The position numbers were made by a program, and so were the translations under genes. DNA of 64,000 nucleotides, taken from the NCBI GenBank assembly GCA_020725425.1, contig DYFA01000045.1, positions 70,924-134,923 of the forward strand, in the 5' to 3' direction. Under the pieces are notes generated by a model. It had not been told where the DNA came from and searched no databases. It was given only the letters and a program-made list of their open reading frames with translations. Of the stretch, positions 37,119-44,967 are shown piece by piece. The number at the start of each line of letters is the position of its first letter. The stretch's first letter is position 1. This DNA is from Aneurinibacillus sp. (GTDB lineage Bacteria; Bacillota; UBA5301; DYFA01).

Positions 37119-38332
37119 GACCCCTTACTACCCCGGAAAGGATGCGGCCGATGAACGCTCTACAAAGCCTGCTCGCCGAAAGCGACCTCGAGAAAGCCCG
37201 TAGTAAAGGTCTGGCCTACACCCCGCGCGAGATCGCCCACCAACCCGAAGCCTGGTTCAAGACCGCCGAGAGGGTGCTGGAAGAGGCGCCGTTGGCCGGT
37301 TTCCTCCGGCAGGCCCTTGAACCGGCGGGACCCGTGATCCTGGCGGGGGCCGGCACCTCCTATTACGTTGGTACTTCAGTGCGCAACTTCCTGACCGCCT
37401 CCTGGAAGCGCACTGTCCTGGCGGTCCCTTCGACGGAGATCGTCCTCGCCCCCGACCTCTGCCTCCCCCGGGACGCCACCCTGATGATCAGCTATGCCCG
37501 GTCCGGGCAAAGCCCGGAGGGAAACGCCGCCTTGGAGCTGGCAAGACAGGTCCGGCCGGAGACGGCCCACCTGGCCGTCACCTGCAACCACGAGGGTCTG
37601 CTCTACCGGCTGGCTGGAGGGTGGCCGGGGGGCTTCCCGCTCCTCCTGCCCGAGATGACCAACGACCGGGGGCTGGCCATGACCAGTTCCTACTCGAGCA
37701 TGGTGGTCGCTACCTACGGGCTGGCCTTCCTGAACGAACCCGAAACCTATCTGTCCCTCGTCGAGAAGCTCGCCGTCACCGCCCGACGCATCCTGGACGC
37801 CGAAGCCGACGCCGCCCGGCAGATCGCCGAAATGCCCTTTGCCCGGGCGTTGTACGTGGGAAACCGCGACCTGTTCGGAGTGGCTCAGGAAGCCCACCTC
37901 AAGCTGCAGGAGATGAGCGCCGGCCGGGTGATCGGCAAGGCCGAAACCACCCTCGGTCTCCGCCACGGCCCGATGGCTTCGATCGACGACCAAACGCTGG
38001 TGGTCGTGTTCCTGTCTTCGGACCCCTATGTCCGCCGCTATGAGCTGGATCTCCTGCGCGAGCTGAAGAACCAGGGACTGGGCATGCTCCGGGTGGCGAT
38101 CGATGAGCAGGCTGACCTGGAGGTGGCGCCGCTGGTGGATCACCTCGTCGAGCTGCGCCTGGGCGGAACGCCGATGGGCGATCTCAGCCGGGCGCCGGCG
38201 GCGGTCATCTTTCCGCAGTTGTTGGCCCTTTTCCGGTCCCTCCATGAAGGGTTGCTGCCCGACGCCCCGAGCCCCAAGGGGGTGATTAACCGGGTGGTCC
38301 AAGGGGTGCGCATCTACCCCTACTCGGCCTGA
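37115..38332 (+). CDS. Double-SIS-domain sugar-phosphate isomerase/deaminase (AgaS / GlmS C-terminal-like)
   Basis: Two SIS domains (405 aa). Translationally coupled to the DeoR gene. Confidence 0.75.
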   Translation: MRPLTTPERMRPMNALQSLLAESDLEKARSKGLAYTPREIAHQPEAWFKTAERVLEEAPLAGFLRQALEPAGPVILAGAGTSYYVGTSVRNFLTASWKRTVLAVPSTEIVLAPDLCLPRDATLMISYARSGQSPEGNAALELARQVRPETAHLAVTCNHEGLLYRLAGGWPGGFPLLLPEMTNDRGLAMTSSYSSMVVATYGLAFLNEPETYLSLVEKLAVTARRILDAEADAARQIAEMPFARALYVGNRDLFGVAQEAHLKLQEMSAGRVIGKAETTLGLRHGPMASIDDQTLVVVFLSSDPYVRRYELDLLRELKNQGLGMLRVAIDEQADLEVAPLVDHLVELRLGGTPMGDLSRAPAAVIFPQLLALFRSLHEGLLPDAPSPKGVINRVVQGVRIYPYSA

Positions 38333-38343
38333 GACGCTCGATG

Positions 38344-38550
38344 TTACGGCAGCTCGTCCACCCGCCATTCTTCCTTGCCGGCCTTGGCGAGGAACCGGTC
38401 CGCTGCCGACAGGGCAAGGGCGTAGTCCTGATCGACGGTGGCTGCCGGTTCCTCGGCCAGCCGCCTCGGCGACCCGTTCCACCAGCCTCCGGCCCAGAAG
38501 GCCAAAAGGAGCAGGACCAGGGTCCCCAGAAAGACAATCCCGCGCCTCAT
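38344..38550 (-). CDS. Small membrane-anchored hypothetical protein (68 aa)
   Basis: RBS GAGGTG 6 nt upstream of the ATG. N-terminal TM 'IVFLGTLVLLLLAFWAGGWW'. Confidence 0.35.
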   Translation of the reverse strand: MRRGIVFLGTLVLLLLAFWAGGWWNGSPRRLAEEPAATVDQDYALALSAADRFLAKAGKEEWRVDELP

Positions 38551-38603
38551 CCGCGATCACCTCGGCTCTAAGGCTTCCACCGCAGCAGGCAAGCCTTTCA
38601 TCG

Positions 38604-39734
38604 CTAGATCAGAAGACGCTTGTATCGCTCGACCTCGGCCCGGACCTCTTGAGCCAGTCTCTCGTACTTGTCCGCCAGCCTGACCGTCCGGATCCGCTCC
38701 GCCCGGGGATCGGCCGGCACCAGGAACCCCTCCTCGATCCACCTCTTCGTCTTCTCCCGGACAGTCCGGTCCGCCAACCCGGTGAGGCGGCGCAGGTCCG
38801 TGGTAGTGGCGGTGCTGCTGCGGAGAGCCAGATGGGCAAAGACCGTCCGCTGGACGCCGTCCAGGTGACGGAGGAGGTCGGGCTCGACCGACACGAACTC
38901 CTGACTCTTCGCCTCCACCACTTTGGCCGCCTCCAGAAAGACCTCGCCCACGCCTTGCAGGAAGAAGTCCAGCCAAGGGGTGAGGTCGGCGTCGTGGCGC
39001 CCGAAGTAGTAGTTGTGATGCAAGCCCATCTGGAGATTGGCGTAATAAGCGGCCAGGTTCCGGTCGTAATAGGTTTCGAGTACGAACAGGCGCTTCAACC
39101 CGAGCCCGCCACGCCGCATGAGATAAGTGGCCAAAGCCCTGCCTGTCCGGCCGTTCCCGTCAAGATAGGGGTGGATCGTCAGGAACTGGTAGAGAAAGAT
39201 CCCGGCCTGGATGGGCACAGGCAGCTCGCTGGCCGCCGGATGGTTGATCCAGGCCACCAGATCCTCCATCAAGCGGGGGACGTCTTCCCACTCCGGGGGC
39301 AGGTATACGATGCGCCCCGTGGACTCGTCTCTTACGGCGTTCTGCTCTTTGCGGTACTCGCTTAGGCGCGGCCGCCGGCCGCCGGGGATGACCCTGATGA
39401 TTGCATGGACCCGCTTGATCAGTTCCTCCGTGACCGGCAGACCCCGCTCTTCGCACTCCTCCAGGTACTCCATCGCCTTATACAGGTTGGATACCTCTTG
39501 TTCGGCCGCCGACCTGGTGCGGGCATATAACGCGGTCCGCTTTTGGGCTTCACTCAGCCGGTTTCCTTCGAGTTTGGTCGAGAGCAACACAGTCTGGACG
39601 CGGGACTCCCGCTGGAGCTCCTTCAGGATGTTGGCCGGCAGCGGGAGGTGCTCCACCAGTGTATTGGCGCGCGCAATCTCCATCAGATTAGAGGCCATGC
39701 GAGGGGTGATCGAGAACCGCGGGGCAAACGGCAT
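38604..39734 (-). CDS. Class II Fic-family protein (AMP-transferase) with intrinsic inhibitory helix and C-terminal wHTH
   Basis: Fic motif 'HPYLDGNGRTGRAL'. Inhibitory motif 'STKLEGN' ([ST]xxxE[GN]) near the N-terminus. The likely start is the second Met (RBS GGAGG precedes it). Confidence 0.85.
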   Translation of the reverse strand: MPFAPRFSITPRMASNLMEIARANTLVEHLPLPANILKELQRESRVQTVLLSTKLEGNRLSEAQKRTALYARTRSAAEQEVSNLYKAMEYLEECEERGLPVTEELIKRVHAIIRVIPGGRRPRLSEYRKEQNAVRDESTGRIVYLPPEWEDVPRLMEDLVAWINHPAASELPVPIQAGIFLYQFLTIHPYLDGNGRTGRALATYLMRRGGLGLKRLFVLETYYDRNLAAYYANLQMGLHHNYYFGRHDADLTPWLDFFLQGVGEVFLEAAKVVEAKSQEFVSVEPDLLRHLDGVQRTVFAHLALRSSTATTTDLRRLTGLADRTVREKTKRWIEEGFLVPADPRAERIRTVRLADKYERLAQEVRAEVERYKRLLI

Positions 39735-39755
39735 AATAAAGCCTCCTCGGGCCAT

Positions 39756-39784
39756 ATTATACCATTGCCGCTAATTTGCCGCAA
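39756..39784 (-). promoter_or_regulatory. Sigma-70 type promoter for the Fic gene (-35 TTGCGG, 17-bp spacer, -10 TATAAT)
   Basis: On the minus strand: TTGCGG-CAAATTAGCGGCAATGG-TATAAT, immediately upstream of the Fic RBS. Confidence 0.5.
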
Positions 39785-40045
39785 TCAGGTACGCCCGCTC
39801 TTCCCGCGGCTGGGGCTCTTCCGGACGGGGCGGGGACGGAGCTTGATCTCCGGGGTGACGCCCGGGGGGAGCAGTTCCTTCACGTCCCGCTCGAACTGAC
39901 GGCGGGGCAGCATCACGATGTGGCCGCACCCCAGGCACTTCAGCCGGAAGTCCATCCCCACCCGCAGGACCTCCCAGGCGTCCGAACCGCAGGGGTGTTC
40001 CTTCCGCAGCCGGACCAGGTCGCCCACGTGGTAGCGGGTCACAGT
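39785..40045 (-). CDS. DUF951 family small protein
   Basis: 'HVGDLVRLRKEHPCGSDAWEVLRVGMDFRLKCLGCGHIVMLPRRQFERDVKELL' matches the DUF951 consensus. GTG start overlaps the mscS stop. The listed 140-aa ORF is an N-terminal over-extension. Confidence 0.7.
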   Translation of the reverse strand, partial: TVTRYHVGDLVRLRKEHPCGSDAWEVLRVGMDFRLKCLGCGHIVMLPRRQFERDVKELLPPGVTPEIKLRPRPVRKSPSRGKSGRT

Positions 40046-40977
40046 CACGGCTTGCCCTCCCCTTCCGGCCGGCCGGTAAGGACGGGCTCCGGGCCGGCGG
40101 GTCCGCTTCCCTTGACGATGAGCATCCGGTGCGGGAAGGGAATCTCGATCCCCTGGGCGTCGAAACGCTCCTTGATCAACCGCTTCAGCTCCCGCTCGAC
40201 CCCCCACTGCTCCATGGGGCGGGTGCGGGCCAGGACCCGGATCGCGACCCCCGACTCACCCAGCTCCTGGACGCCGAGGACGGCCGGAGCCTCCACCAGC
40301 CGGTCGTTGCCCTGGGCGTACTCCTCGAGGACCTGCTGCAAGACGGTGATGGCCTGCTCTAGATCGGTCCCGTAGGAGACCTCCACGTCGAACATCACCC
40401 GCATGGAGGGCCCCATGTGGTTCGTGACCTGGGTGATCTGGCCGTTGGGGATGATGTGCAGTTGTCCGCCGGGGTCGCGGATCTTGGTGATGCGGATACC
40501 CATCTCCTCCACGATCCCCGTCACCCCGCCGGCGGTGATGAGGTCGCCCACCCCGTACTGGTCCTCGAAGAGGATGAAGAAGCCCGTGATGACGTCCCGG
40601 ACCAGGTTCTGGGCCCCGAAGCCGATAGCCAGCCCGCCGATCCCGGCGGCGGTGAGAATCGAGGTGGTGTTGAACCCCAGGTTCTGAAGAACCATCACCC
40701 CGGCAAAGAAGTAGATGACGTACTGGGCGATGGAGGCGATCAGAGTGGAGAGGGTTTTAACCCGGCGCTCGTCGAGGTAGACGTGGCGTTCCGGCTGGAA
40801 GAGGCGGTTCACGAAGGTTTCGGCCACCTTCACCAGAAGGCGCGCCCCGACGACGATCGCCAGGAGCACCAGGACACGGCCGAGCGCCTCCAGCAGCGCG
40901 CCTCCCTCGACCATGCGTTTGAACCAGGCCTGAACCCCCGGAAGAGCAGTCAGCAGATAGTTCGTCGCCGTCGCCAA
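40045..40977 (-). CDS. MscS-family small-conductance mechanosensitive channel
   Basis: Three TM helices followed by the MscS beta domain ('...GDLITAGGVTGIVEEMGIRITKIRDPGGQLHIIPNGQI'). Confidence 0.85.
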   Translation of the reverse strand: MATATNYLLTALPGVQAWFKRMVEGGALLEALGRVLVLLAIVVGARLLVKVAETFVNRLFQPERHVYLDERRVKTLSTLIASIAQYVIYFFAGVMVLQNLGFNTTSILTAAGIGGLAIGFGAQNLVRDVITGFFILFEDQYGVGDLITAGGVTGIVEEMGIRITKIRDPGGQLHIIPNGQITQVTNHMGPSMRVMFDVEVSYGTDLEQAITVLQQVLEEYAQGNDRLVEAPAVLGVQELGESGVAIRVLARTRPMEQWGVERELKRLIKERFDAQGIEIPFPHRMLIVKGSGPAGPEPVLTGRPEGEGKP

Positions 40978-40988
40978 CCTGCCACCCC

Positions 40989-41861
40989 CTAGCGGAATCC
41001 TTCAAGCAGCCGCAGCGCCAGGGCCGGGTCACCCATGGGGAAGAGGTGCACCCCCGGCACCCTGCCCCAGAGCTCGGCCAGGATCTCCCGGGCGAGACGG
41101 ACGCCTTCGTCCGGGGCCCCTTTCTCCATGCGCTCCAGGATGAACGGCGGGATCCGGATTCCCGGCACGTGCGTGTTCAGGTAAACCGCCGACTTGTAGC
41201 TCTTGAGCGGCAACACGCCGTAGATCACCCGAACTCCGAGATGGGCCGTCCGGCGCCGGAACTCAGCCGCCTGCTCCAGGTCGAAGACGGGCTGCGTCTG
41301 GGCGAAGACGATCCCCGCCTCCACCTTGGCCTCGAGGCGCGCCGCCTCGACCTCCAGGTCCGGGGCGTTGGGGCTGGCCGTCCCGCCGATCAGGAAGTCG
41401 GTCGGAGCGTCCAAGGGTTTGCCGTTGCTGTCCTGGCCGGCGTTGAGCGTGCGGGCCAGCCTGGCCAGACCCAGGGCGTCCACGTCGAACACCCCGGTGG
41501 CCTGGGGGTGGTCGCCCCGTTCCGGCCGGTCTCCCGTCAGGGCCAGGATGTTCTTAACCCCGAGCGCCGCCGCCCCGAGCAGCTCGGCTTGCAGCCCCAG
41601 GAGGTTGCGGTCCCGGCAGGTCAGGTGGAAGATGGCCTCCACCCCCAGGTCCTGCTGGAGCAGGTGGGCGCAGGCGATGGGGCTCATGCGCAGGTTGGCC
41701 ATGGGGCTGTCCGCCACGTTCACCGCGTCCACCAGCGCCGCCAGCACGCCGGCCTTCGCCAGCATCGGACGGGGGTCGGACCCCCGGGGCGGCTCCAGCT
41801 CCACCGTAACCACGAACTCTCCCCGGGCCAGCTTCTGCCGGAGATTCTTTTCCTCCTCCAC
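40989..41861 (-). CDS. metF: 5,10-methylenetetrahydrofolate reductase
   Basis: 'FVVTVELEPPRGSDP...' with an MTHFR TIM barrel. 290 aa. Confidence 0.85.
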   Translation of the reverse strand: MEEEKNLRQKLARGEFVVTVELEPPRGSDPRPMLAKAGVLAALVDAVNVADSPMANLRMSPIACAHLLQQDLGVEAIFHLTCRDRNLLGLQAELLGAAALGVKNILALTGDRPERGDHPQATGVFDVDALGLARLARTLNAGQDSNGKPLDAPTDFLIGGTASPNAPDLEVEAARLEAKVEAGIVFAQTQPVFDLEQAAEFRRRTAHLGVRVIYGVLPLKSYKSAVYLNTHVPGIRIPPFILERMEKGAPDEGVRLAREILAELWGRVPGVHLFPMGDPALALRLLEGFR

Positions 41862-41887
41862 TACTCCCTGCTCCTCCCTGTCTCCTG

Positions 41888-44416
41888 CTACCCCCGCTCC
41901 CTACCGGCCGTCAGTTCCTGGGCCAGCCGGACCGCCGCCACGGCGTCCCGCCCGTAGCCGTCCGCCCCGATCTGCCGGGCGAACTCCTCGGTCACCACCG
42001 CCCCGCCCACCATGACCTTCGCCGGGAGGCCCGCCGCCTGCAGAGCCTCGATCACCCGGCCCATCCCGACCATGGTAGTGGTCATCAGAGCGGAGAGACC
42101 CACCAGCCCGGCCCGCTCCGCCCGGGCCGCCTCGACCACCCTCGCCGCCGGGACGTCCCGGCCCAGGTCGACCACTCGGAACCCGTGGTTCTCCAGCATG
42201 ACCGCCACGATGTTCTTCCCGATGTCGTGGATGTCGCCCTCCACGGTGGCCAGGACCACGGTTCCGCGGCCGGCCGGAGCGCCACCCCGGGCGAGGTGCG
42301 GTTTGAGCTCGGCGAAGGCCGCCCGGGCGGCGTCCGCCGAGAGCATCAACTGCGGTAGAAAGTATTCACCGGCCTCGTAGCGGCGTCCCACTTCCTCGAG
42401 AGCCGGCACCACCGCCCGATCTACGATCTCGAGAGGATCCGACCCGGCCAGGGCCTTGGCCACCAAGTTCGGCGTCTTTTCGGCTTCCCCTTCTACAATC
42501 GCCCGGTAGAGAGCGGCGACGCTGTCGCCCTCAGCCGCGGGAGGCGGTTCGGGCATCCGGGCGGCCGCCGGTGCAGGCAGAGAACCGGCAGTATCCGCCG
42601 CCTGCGGCCGCCGCTCCTCCTTGGGCTGAGTGGCCAGGTAGACCCGGGCGTGGCGGTCCCGGTTCACCAGGACCGCCCCCGCCTGCAGCGTCTCCCAGAC
42701 CCGGGCATCCAGGGGGTTGACGATGGCCGCGTCCAGCCCCGCCCCCAGGGCCATCGCCAGGAAGGTGGCGTTGAGCAGGGATCTTCCCGGCAGCCCGTGG
42801 GAGACGTTGCTGACCCCCAGGACCGTCCCCACCCCGAGCTCCTCCCGGATCAGCCGCACTGCCCGGAGCGTCTCGGCGACCTCGGCCTGCTGCGCCCCGG
42901 CCGCCAGGACCAGACAGTCGATCAGGAGCTCCTCCCGCCGCAACCCGGCCGCCTCCGCCGCCGCGACGATCCGGCGGGCGATTGCCAGCCGCTCTTCCGC
43001 CCGCGGAGGTATGCCTCGCTCATCCAGGGTCAACCCGAGGACGGCCGCCCCGTATCGCCGGGCGAGCGGCAGAACCTCCGCCAGGACCTCCTCCTTGCCG
43101 TTGACCGAGTTCAGCAGGGCTCGTCCGTGGAAGATCTCCAACCCGGCTGCCAGGGCCTGGGCGTTGGCCGAGTCGATGCTCAGCGGGACCGGCACAGCCG
43201 CCTCGACCGCCGCCACCGCCGCTCGCATCGCCGCGGCCTCGTCCACCCCGGGCACCCCGACGTTCAGGTCGAGCACCTTCGCCCCGGCGGCCACCTGCGC
43301 TTTGGCCTCGTCCCGGTAAACCCCGAATTCCCTCGCCCGCACCGCCTCGGCCAGCCTCTTCCGGGCGGTCGGGTTGAGCCGTTCGCCGATGACCACCGGC
43401 AGCTCCTCCGGCCCGATCGCCACCACTCCGCCCGGACCGGCGAGGAGGGTCCGCCGCGATCCTCCGGCCACCCGGGGGGCCCCACCCTTCCCCGCCGCCT
43501 CGACCGCCCGGCGGAGGGCCCGGATGTGGTCCGGCGTGGTGCCGCAGCAGCCGCCGACCAGCGTCGCCCCGGCCGCCAGAAGCTCCTCCCCGGCCCGCCC
43601 GAACTCCTCCGGCCCCTGGGGGTAGACAGCCCGTCCCGCCTCCAGGCGGGGCAGGCCGGCATTGGGCTGAACCGCCACCGGAACCCGCGCTACCGCCGCC
43701 ATCCGCCGGATAAGCGGGACCAGCTCCCGGGGCCCCAGCGAGCAGTTGGCCCCGAGGAAGATCGCCCCGAGCCCCTCCAACACCACGGCCACCGTCTCAG
43801 GATCGGCCCCCAAGAGAGTCCGCCCGTGAGCGTCAAAGGTGAAGGTGCAGGCCACCGGAATCCCCGCGTCCCGGGCCGCCAGAACTGCCGCCCGGGCCTC
43901 GCCCAGGTCGGAGAAGGTCTCCAGGAAGATGAAGTCCACCCCGCCGGCGGCCAGCGCCTCGATCTGCTCCCGGTAGACGTCGTAGGTTTCGGCAAAGGAA
44001 AGCGGCCCGAAGGGCTCGACGAACTCTCCGGTCGGCCCTACGTCCCCGGCGACCAGGGCGTTCCCGCCCGCCGCCGCCACCGCCTCCCGGGCGAGCCTGA
44101 CCCCGGCCTGGTTCAGCTCCGCCACCGCCCTGCCCAGCCCAAAGGCGGAGAGTTTTCGGCGGTTAGCACCGAAGGTGTTGGTGGTGACGACCCGAGCTCC
44201 GGCCTCCAGGTAGGCCTGATGGATCCTCCGGACGGCCTCCGGACGGGCGGTGTTCCAAGTCTCCGGGCACTCCCCGGGGCGTAACCCGGCCGCGATGAGC
44301 TGAGTTCCCATCGCCCCATCCAGCAGGACCGGCCCCCGGTCGAGGAACACCCCAAGCCGCGCCGGACCCGGTCGGGCCACTTCGTTTCGCCGTCCGTCGC
44401 CCATCTGCGTCACCAT
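41888..44416 (-). CDS. metH: Cobalamin-dependent methionine synthase, short form (Hcy-binding + pterin-binding + B12-binding; no AdoMet reactivation domain)
   Basis: 'LLDGAMGTQL', pterin-binding domain, and B12 motif 'DIHDIGKNIV'. The ORF ends after the B12 domain. The ORF N-extension is spurious. Confidence 0.85.
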   Translation of the reverse strand: MVTQMGDGRRNEVARPGPARLGVFLDRGPVLLDGAMGTQLIAAGLRPGECPETWNTARPEAVRRIHQAYLEAGARVVTTNTFGANRRKLSAFGLGRAVAELNQAGVRLAREAVAAAGGNALVAGDVGPTGEFVEPFGPLSFAETYDVYREQIEALAAGGVDFIFLETFSDLGEARAAVLAARDAGIPVACTFTFDAHGRTLLGADPETVAVVLEGLGAIFLGANCSLGPRELVPLIRRMAAVARVPVAVQPNAGLPRLEAGRAVYPQGPEEFGRAGEELLAAGATLVGGCCGTTPDHIRALRRAVEAAGKGGAPRVAGGSRRTLLAGPGGVVAIGPEELPVVIGERLNPTARKRLAEAVRAREFGVYRDEAKAQVAAGAKVLDLNVGVPGVDEAAAMRAAVAAVEAAVPVPLSIDSANAQALAAGLEIFHGRALLNSVNGKEEVLAEVLPLARRYGAAVLGLTLDERGIPPRAEERLAIARRIVAAAEAAGLRREELLIDCLVLAAGAQQAEVAETLRAVRLIREELGVGTVLGVSNVSHGLPGRSLLNATFLAMALGAGLDAAIVNPLDARVWETLQAGAVLVNRDRHARVYLATQPKEERRPQAADTAGSLPAPAAARMPEPPPAAEGDSVAALYRAIVEGEAEKTPNLVAKALAGSDPLEIVDRAVVPALEEVGRRYEAGEYFLPQLMLSADAARAAFAELKPHLARGGAPAGRGTVVLATVEGDIHDIGKNIVAVMLENHGFRVVDLGRDVPAARVVEAARAERAGLVGLSALMTTTMVGMGRVIEALQAAGLPAKVMVGGAVVTEEFARQIGADGYGRDAVAAVRLAQELTAGRERG

Positions 44417-44967
44417 CCCCTGCCAGGCAGGGCGCCGCCCCACCCGGTCGCCGAATCCCGCCTTGCCTCTGCCCCCGGCTTGACAGCTTTGCGCATGGAG
44501 ACCACCGGCACCCGGGCGCCGTCCGAGCGCACCACAACCCGCTCGTCGTAGGCCTCGTATCCCAGCGAGGCATACAGCCGGACGTTCTGCTGTATTTCCG
44601 CCCGGACGTTGCACCAGACAACGCTCTCCCCGTTCTGCCGGGCGTACTCCTCGAGCCAGCCAACGATTGCCCTGGCTATGCCCCTTCGCCGGAAACCCGG
44701 CCGCACCGCAAGGCGTTTGAAATAGAGGCCGTCCTTCGAACGGAGGAACCGGACGGACCCCACCGCCACGCCGTCCACCAGACAAAGCGCTGCTTGCTCC
44801 ACGCCCTCCCGCATGAGGCCCTCGACGTCCTCCAGGCTCTCGCTCAGCGCCCCCGATGGGGTAGGCAGGTTGCGGTACTCTGCGAAGGCGTCGAGCGTCA
44901 CTGAATGAACCAGCGGGGCCTCCTCCGGGGTCGCCAACCGGATCTCCACTTCACCCTGACTGTTCAT
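44410..44967 (-). CDS. GNAT-family N-acetyltransferase
   Basis: 'FKRLAVRPGFRRRGIARAIVGWLEEYARQNG' acetyl-CoA-binding motif A. Start 'MNSQGEV'. Confidence 0.75.
   Translation of the reverse strand: MNSQGEVEIRLATPEEAPLVHSVTLDAFAEYRNLPTPSGALSESLEDVEGLMREGVEQAALCLVDGVAVGSVRFLRSKDGLYFKRLAVRPGFRRRGIARAIVGWLEEYARQNGESVVWCNVRAEIQQNVRLYASLGYEAYDERVVVRSDGARVPVVSMRKAVKPGAEARRDSATGWGGALPGRGW

Noticed and set aside
39785-40207. 140-aa ORF call for DUF951
   Set aside because: The N-terminal 53 aa overlap the mscS coding region in another frame. Only the C-terminal ~87 codons, from the GTG at ~40045, form the DUF951 gene.
41862-41887. Possible SAM (S-box) riboswitch upstream of metF/metH
   Set aside because: Intergenic gaps of 26 nt or less. 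There is no room for an S-box, and none of the conserved S-box segments are present.
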